A stretch of DNA of 64,000 nucleotides from Lama glama. Lineage: Eukaryota. This document shows positions 1 through 13,279 of this stretch, piece by piece. A program made the position numbers and the translations under genes. The notes beneath the pieces were generated by a model. The model searched no databases and was not told the origin of the DNA. It saw only the letters and a list, made by a program, of their open reading frames with translations. The stretch lies in the NCBI GenBank assembly GCA_028534125.1, contig CM052832.1, positions 6,760,001-6,824,000 on the forward strand. The letters run 5' to 3'. The first letter of the stretch is position 1. The number at the start of each line of letters is the position of its first letter.

Positions 1-319
1 ACGCTTGTTTGTTTTAGATTTTCTACAGTTCTAGCCCTAGTTAATAACAGTTGTGCATGTGTGCAAAGCCACGCCCAGGGAAGTGGGGCTTAGGACTGAC
101 TCTCACGTTTGTGCTGTTCTTCCTCAGCCCCCTCAAAGCCCTTTTCTTAGAAGTGGCATCAGATTAACAGGAATACATAAATCCTTTGATGATGCTGCTC
201 TTACCCGGGACAAAATCTTCTAAAATCTCTCACCACCTCATTTCCACACAAAAGTCTATCCATCTTGCATTTACTATTTATTTCTTCCCGGAAGTCTTTC
301 TTAATCGCTCTTTTTTAAA

Positions 320-524
320 ATTTCCTCTCCAATCTTTATTACTTCTTTCCTTCTGCTGACTTTAGGTTTTGTTTGTTCCTCTTTTCCTAATTTCTTTAGG
401 TGGTAGGTTGTTGTTTATTTGAGATTGTTCTTGTTTTTCGAGGAAGGCCTGTATCGCGATGAACTTCCCTCTTAGGACGGCATTTGCTGCATCCCATAGA
501 TTTTGTGTGGTTGTGTTTTTATTG
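320..524 (-). mobile_element. LINE-1 internal ORF2 fragment
   Basis: Antisense L1 ORF2-like text: ctttattacttctttccttctgctgactttagg...aacttccctcttagg...gcatttgctgcatcccatagatttt. Confidence 0.75.
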
Positions 525-919
525 CCTGAAGTTTCTTGACCTCCTCTCCCTTGCCATACACACAGTCTTTAATGATGCATTCATTATTCTGAAAAGAGAT
601 TCAAAGTGTTTTAAATAACCAACGGAGGTGGAGATTAAACCTGGGTGGAGGAAGGGAATGTCAGGGGAAAGGGTCAAGAAAGACTTCAAGAAGAAAACAT
701 GTACAATTTGATGTGGGCTTCCCTGTTATATTATACGGTGGAGCATCTTAATCCATGTGTTCAGTACATGTTTGTGAATTTTATTGAAAGGTAGCTTTGA
801 AGAGAAGAAAAAATTCACCAAAAGGTAGTGGGGGGCGGGGGGGGGGAGGGTGGTTCTATCCACATTGCTTTGTTCATTTCATTACCAAGCAGGCCCTTTC
901 CAGAGTGCAGGCAACCTGC

Positions 920-2100
920 TGGGTACACAGTTGGCACTTAATGAATATACATGCAAAGGACACAGGACAAAAACATGAACCATTCCCGCCCTTGAAGTAC
1001 TTATAGTCTAGTTAATGAGGGAGCCATTACCCTCACTAACTAGGTACCTCTGTGGTGGGAGCACAGTAGGAGGGTGTACAACCTCAGTAGGATTCAGAAG
1101 GGATTTCTCAGATATGAGACCCAAGCTGGGAATTGAGAGCCAATTAGAAGTTACCTGATGGGGATGGAGTATACAGCATGACCACCGCAGTCAACAACAC
1201 TGTATTGCGAATTTGAGAGTTGCTAAAGGAATAGATCTTATAAATCCTCATCACAAGAAAAAAAAAAGGTGTCACTATGTGAGGTGATGAATGGTAACTA
1301 AACATATTGTGGCAATCACTTCACCATTTATACACTGATCAAATCATTATGATGTACACCTTATATACGGGCAATGTTATACGTCAATTATATCTCAGTA
1401 AAACTGGGAAAAAATAATACAGAAAAAAAGAAAAGGAGTCATCTGAAGAAAAAGAGTGTCACTGGTGGGAGAGTGAGCTAGTGAGAGACAGATGGCTTGG
1501 AGATTCGGAATAGCCTGCCTTTGGAAACCTGTAAGTCAAAGCTCGGCTGGAGCAGGTGGAGGATGGATTAAGGACAAATATGAGATTGGTCAGTGATTGA
1601 TGGCCATTTTATAAAGGGCCTTTAATGCTAAACCATGCTGTGTTCTAAAAGCTGTGTGAAGCCACTGAAGGGTTTTCTGGAAGAGCTGTACAGCCAGAAC
1701 GTTCTCTTTTAGGAAGACCCGCCTCGCAGTAGATTGATTGATTCGAGGGTAGCCAGACAAGCTAGGGGGACCTGGTGGGGCCATGGGGAGGGCTGTGGAG
1801 GGCCAAGGAATTGGTGTAGGATGGAGTAGATTTGGGAAGGTGGAGAGAACACAGGTGGACTGGTGGGATGTGGGGGAAGGAGAAGAAACAGACCAGGATG
1901 GCGTTCAGCTTCCAGGCTTGAGCAACTGGGGAGATGGGGGCCATTCATTGAGAGAGAAGAGCAGCAGATTTAGAGGTCCCCCAGAAAGAATGTGGCTTTG
2001 GCACTGTGAAGTTTAAGGCACCTATTGGATACCCCAAAGGAAATGTTCAGGAAACAGTTGACTATGGCGACTAGAGTTGCGGAGATGGGTTTATTTAAAA
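920..2100 (-). mobile_element. Degraded LINE-2 interrupted by an L1 3' end
   Basis: Purine-rich L2-antisense motifs (ggcttgagcaactgggg...ccattcattgaga; tttggcactgtgaagtttaaggcacct). Confidence 0.55.
1160..1432 (+). mobile_element. L1 3' end (L1MA-like), 5'-truncated
   Basis: tacagcatg...actgtattg...gttgctaaaggaatagatctt...tgtgaggtgatg...gtcaattatatctcagtaaaactgggaaaaaa, then an A-rich tail. Confidence 0.85.
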
Positions 2101-2669
2101 GATAGTTGCAATGTACTGGGACAGGAGAAAGGCTTAATGACTCTCTTCTGCATCTGAGCTTCAGGTATTTTCAGTAGTGACTGGGTGTCTCTGAGCCACA
2201 GCCCCTGCTGATGGTGCAGGATCTCCAAAGGGAAAGATTGAAGGCAACTGCCCAGTCGATTTCTTCCTTAGAATTATTTAATCTAACACGCTGCTTTTGT
2301 AAAGGAAACTTTTCCAGCTTAGCAGCCAAGAAAGAAACCAAGACGGTTAATTTGGGCTTTACAGTTGAAGTAGTCAATAACATCAATAAAATCACATTAG
2401 TATAATTAGACTTAATTTTATATGCGATGTCCCTCTGGGCATTCCTATAATTGCTCTTAATCTTTTAAGGATTAGAGACAAGTGTAGATATAAATACAGA
2501 TAAATATAGGCACAGATATATTTATATACTAGGATTTAGATATAGGGAAATTTGTACAGCTAGAGCTAGGAGACCAAATATAAACATATAAACAAAACAT
2601 TGTTTATCTTCAAACAGTAGCAGCGCAAATAAGCTCATCATACTCAGTGATTTAAATATGTTAATTTAC

Positions 2670-2815
2670 TTACCGCTGAGAACACCCCTATGAGATAGAT
2701 ACTGTTACTGTCCCATTTTACAGATAAGAAAACTGAGGTGATTAAACTGTGTCAGGTTGCACAGATCCCCGGTCCGGAGTTGAACTAGGCAGTATGGCTC
2801 TGAGTCCGTGCTGGG
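2670..2815 (-). mobile_element. MIR SINE
   Basis: Reverse MIR core cccattttacagataagaaaactgagg. Confidence 0.8.
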
Positions 2816-5800
2816 CACATGGCTTCATGTTGCCTCTCTTTATCAGTATGTAATCGCTAAATCAACATTTCAGTGAACTTAAAATGCAATTCCTGCCCTC
2901 TGACATGACTGGGTAAGGTGGAAAGGAGGCCGTGCCTTTCATCCATTACGCATGCACACTTAGAGCCTGTATCTGATCAGGGCTGATGATCGCCACAGGC
3001 GTTCCTGCAGATTGATGAACAGAGCAGAGGAGTTGCTGGCCCAGAGAAGGATGTGGCAGCCATTAGCTCTCAGCAGATGCCCTGAACCAAGGCAGCCGTT
3101 GACACTGTAAACGGAAATGTGGCAGCTGTCAAGGGACCGTCAGAGGCTCCCTTTGTATTTACAACTGTGCGGCGACGTCCAGCTTTGCGGCACGGAACAG
3201 AGATCTGTGCTCGTGACCGCTCTCTCAGAGGTCTGGTTTGTCTGGTCCTCCCACTCCCTGTCCCCAGTACTTGGGGGAGGTGCCCCTTCCCACCACTCCC
3301 TAGGGGTTCAGAGACCCCTTGGGAGGCTCACAAGTGTCCTGGGGCAGGAAGGAAGCCGGCAGGCGTCCGCCAGTGGTCTCTTGCTTGGCGCAGCCAGGCC
3401 CCACAGCTCCTGGTCCCCACTGGTGGAGGTGGTGAGACCCACCAGAACAAGCCCTGGATTCAGGTGCTGGGAGGGTCTCACCCACCCAAAGAGTGGGCAG
3501 TCGCTGTACGAGGGTCCTAGGCAGCAGACAGGGCCACCTCTAGGCTCCTCTCTTCATCCCCTCGCCGGGCACTTACAGCCCTTCCTTGGGCAGCTGCACG
3601 ACAGGGTCCAGGCACCCCCCTCACCCCTTCGCCTCCACAGCCCCCCATCTTGGGTAGTTATTAAATGGGTTCAAGCGCATCAAGGGCAGACTCGGCCATC
3701 TGTAATACAGCACATGGGCTACAGCTTTGCAGGTTCAAGTTTCTTGGCCCTCATGCTGGGGAGTCAAACATTTAGGGAAGTGGACCTCAGCAGTGGGGAT
3801 CATGTAAAGCCTGTACTTGTTTCAGCTGTCCTGGGAGCCCAGTCTCCAGGCTGCCTGGTGATGGCCCAGTAGACCTGATGTTCTCTTGCTCTTATTTCCT
3901 GGGAAATGAATGAAGTTTCAGCTTAAGGGACCCTCCTTTACATGTGCCCTGATAAGGCCCTGGCAACCTGTTCCCATGGTCATAGGTTGTTTGTAAAATT
4001 TACAAAAGTTATTTGTTAAGAATTTTTGTTGTTTTTCTCATGCTAAGAAAAATCCCACGTTCTTGCCTAATTTTGTATAATCTTGCTTAAAGAGGGCTTC
4101 CCACGGTAAGAGCTTCAGGCCCCCAGTGCTCAGGTGCACCCCTGTTCCAAGATCACTGCAATTTCTAGCCCTTGTACATTTTCTTAGTTCTGAAGGAGTG
4201 GAGGCTTTTGTTTTTCCAGTTCTGAAGGCACAGATGACGGCCTGGTAGAAGCAGAGAAGCAGAGGCTTCCTTAACCAGCGAGCAGTAAAGATGGACTCTG
4301 GCACAGCAGTGTTGTCCAGCCACCGGGAACATTAGGGTCACTGCTGGGAAAGAAAGAGCAGGGCCGAACACAGACTGCAGAAGGCATTCTGCCGAGAGAG
4401 GCATGTGATAAATCCGTGAGGTTTTAGGACAAAGCGGCTGCTTTTAGAGTTTGGGGCTGAGTTTCAGATCTTCGTCTCTCACAAGGACTCTGCTGAGAAG
4501 GGATCGAGGCTTCTGTGCCTTGACCGCTGAATTAGCCTTTCTCAAAGCCTTTCTGTGACATGAGGTCTGTCCCCTTCTTTTATCAACAAGGAAGGACTGA
4601 GAGCCGCCTTTCACAATGATGTTTTTATTTAGGTCATCTCAGGACCACAAATGGAACAAAGCATGATGTAACACATGTCTGCCTGGCCTAAGAAATCCAG
4701 ATGAAAAAACCCCACACCCAGGTCAGGTTATGCCTCTCACATATGGAGTCTGCGTTCTGGAAGATTCACGGAAGCAGTGCTTTGGCAGGAGGCCCTCCTG
4801 AGCGGCCTGTAAAATCCACCACGATCCTTAAACATGGGATTTGCACAGGGCCCGTTTGGGGCATCCATTGAGAGGTGATAAACCTAAATGAACTGTTTCA
4901 TTCTGCAGCAGTTTCTAGGAGGTGTTATCTGACAGATGAGAGCCTTGTGATTTTGAGGGAGGCTGAATTTCTTATTAAGATAATTTATACCCAAAAGGGA
5001 TCGTAAGAGAGAAAATTGAGAAAATACATAAAGGCGTAAAGCGTCATTTGGAATAAAGTTAAAGATAGCATCGGATTTCTCCGGCAGCCAGGTCTCCAAG
5101 GACAGGACTGTGCTTCTGGATTGACAAGGAAAGCTGGTTTGCTCATTTTGGTTTTTCAGACCTCTCACTTGTTTGCATATTATCCGTGATACAGAGGTAG
5201 TATAAACAGTTTGAGTTTATTAGTTTTGGTTTTGCAAATTAGTTGGGTGACTTGGCGGAGATCATTCACTTCTTTGGCTTTCTTCGTGTGTTACTCAAGG
5301 AAAATAGTAATTCCAGCTCTCCCTCAAAGGACCTAGTGAGGATTTAATGAGATAATATATCAGGCAAGATTGTTTATCTGCAGCCTGCCTAGTTTAGAGT
5401 GAAACTGAGGGTAATATTTCAACATTCTAATATTCTATCAAACTACCTTGGGGTTTTGTATCAACCAATCAAGCAGAATACATTGGGCACCTCCTAAGTC
5501 CCGAGGATGGTGTTAAAGGCTATTGATTTAAAAAACAATCACCGCTTCCATTTTGATTGGAAACTGTAGTGGATCAGCGGCTCTTGGGCTGGATTCTGTA
5601 ACCGCTGAGGACCACGATGGGGAGCTGCTTTACAAGGACCTTGGACAGATCCTTCCGCCTGGTTTTTCAGGCCAGACTCGACTTTCACCTGTCGGCCCTG
5701 AGAATTTTGTAACTGATGAGGATGATCCAATCGTGTCAGCTTTGAGAAAAATTAGAGGCAAAATGTTGGCCCACCCGTGGCAAATGGTCAAGATTCTGTG

Positions 5801-5873
5801 AGAAGCTTTTCACCTTTTCTGAAGATTCTTCCTTCTTGGCTCTATGTTTCTGCCCTTGGTTTTCTCTACCCGA

Positions 5874-6075
5874 TTTCTATTTTATTTTATTTTATTTTAT
5901 TTTATTCTATTCTATTCTATTCTATTCTATTCTATTCTATTCTATTCTATTCTATTTTATTCTATTCTATTCTATTCTATTCTATTTTATTTGTTTTGTT
6001 TTATTTTATTTTATTTTATTTGTTTTGTTTTGTTTTATTTTATTTTATTTTATTTTATTTTATTTTATTTTATTC
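5874..6075. repeat. Compound pentanucleotide microsatellite (TTTTA)n/(TTCTA)n/(TTTTG)n
   Basis: About 40 five-base units read directly; TCTAT x10 at 5906-5955 and x5 at 5961-5985. Confidence 0.98.
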
Positions 6076-6948
6076 TTATATATCTTTATAAGCCATGTTA
6101 GAATCCTTTTTTAATGTAGGGCCCAAATAATAAATAAAGGAATAATTGTAACAGAGATGAAGCAAGAAGATTTAAGGAGAACTGCAGTGACCTCCTCCAA
6201 GGAAAGCAATACATGTTTGCATTAGTTGCAATTCATCTGTACCTCCTCACTGTCCAATTGACTCAAGTAAAGCAGATACTTTTAAAGGTAGAAAATTTTA
6301 AATCCCAAGGTTTGAAACCATAGAATTATTTGGTTTCAGTCAAATTGCGTTAGGCCTGGGTCTACACTGCTAAGCAGCCACTTACGCAGTTTTCAGGCGC
6401 ACTACCTAGCATGCCTTTATGTGTACCTTGTAGTTCTTACTAGATAGAGAATGAAGCTGATAAAAATTGATGAGGGTGAAAAAAAATCAAATTACTCTGT
6501 GGATCCGAAGCACTGCAGACCCGTGTGTCCTTGCCATCTATCTCGCCCTCCCTTTCTGGCTGCCTGTCTACCCTGCCAAGGGGGTTGGTTTCTCGGGATA
6601 CCCTGCATTTGCACAGCATCCTGCCCTGTGTTCATGTCCTCATGCAGCCCCACTCTTTATCCATGGTTCTTCTCCTACCAGTGCCGTCTCCTAGCCTCTC
6701 TCACTTTCTTCTCTAGAGACCCTGGTTAATTTTCCTGAGAGTACAGTGTGGGTTCTAATAGCTCCTCTGCATCCTTCCCTGTACCGGATCCGAGATTCGT
6801 GTTGATGACACGTATTCCCTAAGCATCACTCAGGTGGAGGCAGACCATTCTTTGACCTCCATCATGTAGCACCCTTAAGATTCTCACTAGATCTCTCGTC
6901 TTCCCCCGAGCTAACTAAACCCTTACTTTTCTCTGAGGTCCTGTCACA

Positions 6949-8350
6949 CAGCAATTCTTCACAGACTCCTATGAGTTCCCAAGACCATTTACCATGAGGT
7001 CAAAACTACTTCCATGATAATACTACGACATTATTTGCTTTTTCAACTGTGTTGACATTTGCACTCATGGTGCAAAAGCGATAGTGGGTAAAAGTGCTGG
7101 CAGTTTGGTATAAATCAGTGCAGTGGCGCCAGACTGTGCCACTAGTATTTGTAGTCCTCAGGTCCACACACTCCCAGTTTTAAAAAGGGGGAGGGGGGTG
7201 GCAAAGAGTGCAATGAAGAAAAATGCCAATTTTATTTCATAATGTCCTTGATGAAAGTTAGTTTTATTAACACTTTGTTCTTGAGCACGTGCCTTTTCAA
7301 TAATCTGAATAATGAAGTAGGAAGTACACAGAAAGCCCTTCTGTGGCATACCACAGTGCAGCATTTGACTTGTGGAAATGTTCTGAGACGTTCAAAATTG
7401 CACTAGACACTTCTTTTTCTCATGCAACACGGTTTTTGCTAGAAAGAACAACCAAGAGACAAACTGAAGTCATGCAGACTTAGATGTTTGGTGGACATTT
7501 TATCAAAAATGATTAAATGTATTACTTCAAGGAAAATAACCAACAGTGTCTGTTGCCAATGATAAAGAAGCAAAAATTAGAATTTTGGAAGCTGATCTGA
7601 CAGCTTTCCATTAGCTAGAGACTTTTTGATACAACAGGTAGCAGTATTAGTGAATGTGATTTTTAATACTGTGTAATGAAATGTGTCAACATTTGAAAAA
7701 GCTTCATAACTCAAGAAATTAATATTTTCCCAATGACGATGTACACTATGAGAGAATCATGCACGGGTGAAAAAAAGCCATTAAAGGTGCAAAATAGATA
7801 GGTGGATTTTCAAAATAAAAATGTTATTTGATTCTGGCTTCAGAGGCAACACTGTAGTACATGTTAAGAAGCTGTCACTTGCTGAGTTTTGATGAAGTAT
7901 CAAGGAAGAAGATTCTCAGTTATTCGAAAAGCTATTTAAAATATTTCCCCCTCTTCCAACCACATATTTAGGTGAGGCCAGCGCTTCTTCCTACACTACA
8001 GACAAAACAGCTTAATGTAACAGAAGCAGATCTGAGATTCCAGATCTCGTCTTAAGTCAGGAATGAAAGAGATTTGCCACAATATAAAACCAAGCCAGTC
8101 TTCTTGCTTAATGTTTGCTGGTTTGGGAAACAGTTATTTTTCAGGAAAAAAAAAAGATTATTTTGACATAATGGGTTTATTATTGTTCCTTGGAGTTGAA
8201 TTTATAAATGAATATTTTTAAGTTCTCAGTTTTAATATCTAATACAATAAACATAAGTAGAGAAAACCCACAGTAACAAAGCTCTTCAGGCTCCTGCGTC
8301 ATTTTTGGTGTGTAGTGAGGTCCAGAGACCAGAGTCTGCGATTACCACTG
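6949..8350. mobile_element. hAT-Charlie (Charlie1-like) DNA transposon fossil
   Basis: ccatgaggtcaaaactacttccatgataatact...ttgacatttgcactcatggtgcaaaagc...cagtggcgccagactgt, ending gagaccagagtctgcgattaccactg (Charlie-type terminus). Confidence 0.75.
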
Positions 8351-10274
8351 TAGGGCTTTATTCAAACCAGTGGCTAAAAAGAGATTAACTATGGAGTAAA
8401 TGAATTTATTGGGTTTGTGGGGTACCAGGCTGGAGGAAACTGGCAGCCAGAGGACAGCGAAATATTACTGTGGGCCTGGTGGGCACCTGGGCATCAGAAT
8501 CACAGAAGATTCGCTGTAGAGGCAGGTGGAGGGCCCCGATGGCTGGCTCTGATCCTGTCACTGCTTTGCCTGAGGCTCCACCAGAGGCGGGTTTCGCTGT
8601 GCCAGTGCTGCCTCAGCCAGTGAAATGTCTGTCACGTCACTAACAGAAAAAAATAGAGGTGGCCAACAAACTCCCAGTTCCTGGCCAGCTGTCATCTCCG
8701 CCACTACAAGTTACCAAAAGAACTCTGTAGAGAGGACAAGCCAGGCAAATGTTAGTTGTTTGTCATTATTAATATTGTTAATAATAATACTGTTATTATA
8801 GAGTTGGGCTCCAGATGGGCCAGTGAAAACCCCAGCCTCTGAGCTCTGGGCTGCACCCCAGGTCTGCTGGCAGACCTCTTTTTGCTTGTGGTCTAAGCCC
8901 AAAGCAAGGGATCACAAAGAGGATTTGCTGGTGGTCCTGAGGGGGACCCTCTTTGAGGAGTACTGGAGAAAACAGTTACAGTCGTCACTGACACCTGCAC
9001 AGGCCTCCCGACAGAGGAGCCTGTGGGACATTCGTTGTCACCCCTCCCTTAAGCCTGAAGCCTGGACTCCTTGGTTCCTTTCTCCTTTCTCCTCATCTCC
9101 TAAGGCCAAGCAGCTCTGAACAACTGAGAGTGTTGTGTAAAGTGAGAAGTGATGTGTAAAGAAGGCCTAGAAAACAAAAGGCAAGGAATGAGGCTCCAAG
9201 GAGAAGAACACCTCTGCCCCCCAAGCCTGGGCTCAGTGCCCACCCTGAGGCCGCGGAGAGGGAGCTCCCACACCGCAAATGAAAAAAACAGAGCCGCAGA
9301 GAAGACCCATGGATTTTGTCCTAAAAGATATAATATTCTACATAGAAATAAGAGCCTTTCATTTCTTAGTTCCTCCCATTCCTGAAAATTTTGAAATTAA
9401 TCAAACCAGCAGCTTTGATTGGATTTTATTTGTGTTGTGAGGAACCAGAAAGCATTTTATTCACCAGGATTCTTGTTCAGGAAAACACAGTAGAGTTGGG
9501 AAGTTGGGAAAGAACCGTAGAGAGCCCCCTTGGACTGGTGGCGCTGCCCCAGGCTGGGGAGTTGGCTGATCCCAAGGTTTGAGAGTTAGAATAAAAATCG
9601 CCCAGACAACAAACAAGGGAAGTTTCCTGTTTTGTCCTTGACAGGGAAAGACGAGGAAAAACAGAGCCAGAAAAGCAAGGACAGAACCCCTCAGATCTCT
9701 CCATAAATGTCATGAAATTGAAAGGAAAAAAAAAGCTCTTCTGAATATATTCTGGACTGCATAGAGTATGTGCAGACACAGGAGTCAAAAATGGTAGAGT
9801 TGGGGTGGACCACATGCTGGGGGATCTCAGAAGTGGGCAGCAGCCTTGGGAAGGATCACAAGCATGGACCAGAGGGTCTGAGACAAGTTCACTTGGATGC
9901 CCGAGAGGCAGGAAGACTTTCCTGGACATCTGAGCCCCTCTTCCTGGGCAGCCTTGGAGGGCAGTGATTCTGTAACCCCGCATCCTGGTGTCCATTCTCT
10001 CAGATGTGGTCACACGGAGCCACTCAGGGACCCAGGCTGAGAAAAGTCCTACTTCTGACTGCGCCACCATCTGGAGCGCGTGACATCTTCAGGGAAAGAG
10101 ACTGAAAATTTCTCAAGGGCTTTTTTCCTGCCTTCTATGCCCATTCCATGGGCCAGAACGAATCACACGGCACCGCCCGACTACAGGGGTCTTGGGTAGT
10201 GTGGGCTCCCATATCTTCAGGCAAGAAACGTGCCCCCAAGCTTGATAACCACTAACCATGTCTGCCACGTTTTC

Positions 10275-10450
10275 TACCCAACAGCTCTGATATTTTGGAG
10301 CTAATGGACTCCTTTGCGAATCTTATGACAGGTATGGTCCCTGTCCCAGGGGAAACACTCAACATTTTGCATAATTGACAGGCTTTTCATGCATTTTAAA
10401 CCCCATTCACTGGTCGTCTGCAGATCCCTGGACCCAGGTTATGAATCCTT
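10275..10450. mobile_element. Short non-autonomous hAT-Charlie element
   Basis: ggactcctttgcgaatcttatga...tggtccctgtccc...ttttgcataatt...ggacccaggttatgaatc. Confidence 0.5.
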
Positions 10451-10465
10451 AGACTGAATCCATAG

Positions 10466-10870
<405 letters not shown>

Positions 10871-10964
10871 TAAGAATGTAAACGGAGCCCTTCCTACTTT
10901 TCAGTTTGGTTTGCTGTTTATAATTTGTTCATTGAGGAATAAACCTATGTCAATTCCCAGGCAG

Positions 10965-11165
10965 GACCGCGTAGTGGTTTAGAAAGCAGCCTCTGCGGGT
11001 TGGCATCCTTGGCTCTAATCTAGACAAGCGACATAACCTCACTGGGCCTCAGTTTCCCCATCTGTAAGATGACAGACTATGCTGACGTTAGGAGGATTAA
11101 ATGAATTATTGTTTGTCAACGTGCTCAGCATTTGGTAAATGCACAATAAATGCCAGCTAGTACTT
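10965..11165 (+). mobile_element. MIR SINE
   Basis: gggcctcagtttccccatctgtaagatg...ggaggattaaatga...gcacaataaatg. Confidence 0.85.
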
Positions 11166-11540
11166 GTAACAATGCTCTGATCACAGCTACTCCTTACTCA
11201 CCACAGGGTTATAATTAAAGCTTAAATTATATGACAGTTTTGGTGGACTGTATGCCTTTTCAGTGATCCCTATCCATGGGAAAAAGTTACAAACCTATAG
11301 AAGTCAAATTTGTGTTTTATTTTGTCCGAAAATAAAGTCTGGCTATTGCAAAAAGGGCGTGGGTAATTCTTGGCAGTGTCCATGAAGTCCACCGCAGCAG
11401 AAAATCAGTGTCCATACTGTTTCATCAGTGTCCTCACTTCATTATTAGATACCTCAATCCATCCATTATCGGTCTGTAAGCATCATTTCCACCTTTGGAG
11501 TCTACAGAGATGACACAGTGACGTGAACATAGACTTGGCT

Positions 11541-13182
11541 TCTCCTTAAGGCTCAGTAGCATTCCATTGTACATATATATCACATTTTCTTTATCCATTC
11601 ACCTGTCGATGGATGTTTAGGTTGTTTCCACATCTTGACTATTTGCAAAGAGTGCTACAATGAATGTAGGAATGTTAATATCACTTCAACATCCTGATTT
11701 CAGTTCTTTTGGATAAGTACCCAGGAATGGAATTGTTAGATCATATGATAGTTCTATTTTTAATTTTTTGAGGAACCGCCCTTCCCATATTTTCCATATG
11801 GAAAACCCCCTGTGTTTTCCACAGTAGTTGCTCAGTTTCATTCCCACCAACAGTGTGCAAGGGTTCCAATTCCTTCATCCCCACACCAGCATTTGTTGTC
11901 TTTTGTTTTTATGATCACAGCTATTCTGACAAGTGTGAGGTGCTATCTCGTTGTGATTCTGACTTGCAGTTCCCTGATGATTAGTGATGTTGAGCATTTT
12001 TCCATATACCTGTTGGCCATTTGTATGTCTTCTCCATAGACATGTCTATTCAAGGCCTTAATCCATTTTTTAATCAGGTTATTGGGGTTTGCTGTTGTTT
12101 TACTACTGAGTTATAGGCGCTCCTTATATATCTTGGAGATTAACCCGTTCATCAGATACACAGTTTGCAAATATATTCTCCTGTTCCCTAGTCGGCTTTT
12201 CACTTTGTTGCTTATTTCCGTGGCTGTGCAGAAGCTTTTTAGTTGGATGGAGTTCCACTTGTTTAATTGTGTTTTCATTGTCTGTGCTTTTGGCGTCATA
12301 TCCATGGAGTCTTTGCCAAGACCGATGTCATAAAGCTTTTACCTTATATTTTCTTTTAGGAGTTTTACAGTTTCAGGTCTTGTGGTTAACTCTTTCATCC
12401 ACTTTGAGTTGATTTTGGTGTGGTTTAAGATAAGGGTCCAGTTCTCCTGCATGTGGATGCCCAGTTTCCCCAGCACCATTTGTTGAAGACACTCTCCTTT
12501 CCCCACTGTGTATCCTTGGGACCCCTGCTGAAGACCGGTTGACCCTATACGCATGGATTTATTTCTGAGTTCTCTTTTCTCTTCCATTAGTCAATATGCC
12601 AATATCATATTGCTTTGATTAGATAGCTTTGAAATATATTTTAAGATTAGAAAGTGTGATGTTCTTCTTTCCCAAGATTGATTAGAGTGTTTCTGGTCTT
12701 TTGTGGTTCCATAGGAATTTCAGAATTGTTTTTTTCTATTTCTGTATAAAAATGCCCTTGGGATTTTGATAGGGATTGCATTGACTCTGCAGATCACTTT
12801 GGGTAGTGTGAGCGTTCTGGAATACAGGACAGCGTGGATGGACTTTGAGGACATTATGCTAAGTGAAATAAGCCACTCACAGAAAAACAAATACTGTGTG
12901 GTTCCACTTACATGGGGTATCTAATATAGTCAAATTCATAGAATCAAAGACTGGAATAGTAGTTACCAGGGTCTAAGTGTGTGTGTCGGGGGAAATGAGG
13001 AGTTACTAGTCAACATTCATAAAGTTCCAGTCAAGCAAGATGAAGAGAGATCTACTGTACAACACTGTACAAAAAATAGTCAATAACAATGTGTCACACA
13101 CTTTAAAACGTGTTAAGAGGGTAGAGCTCATATTAGATGATCTTACCACAATAAAATAAAATAAAAATCAAGAAAGAGAAAA
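11541..13182. mobile_element. L1 with 5' inversion (antisense ~11541-12815, sense ~12828-13182 with A-rich tail)
   Basis: Antisense part translates to ORF2 C-terminal remnants (KWNSIQLKSFCTATE, KINSKWMKEL...PETVKLLKENI); sense part is an L1 3' end finishing ataaaataaaataaaaa; degraded TSD at 11526-11540 / 13183-13199. Confidence 0.9.
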
Positions 13183-13279
13183 AACTTAGACATTAGCCTC
13201 AGACTCACGCTCAAACCCACCACGGCTAATAACTTGTGTGACTTGTAGAAACCTCAGTTTTCTCATCTGTTAAAACCCT

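Noticed and set aside
3117..3872. 251-aa ORF
   Set aside because: No recognisable domain or exon structure; consistent with a chance ORF in GC-rich intron.
5777..6114. Hydrophobic F/Y/I/L ORFs in three frames
   Set aside because: Translation of the pentamer microsatellite.
9477..10070. 197-aa minus-strand ORF
   Set aside because: No family motif; likely chance.
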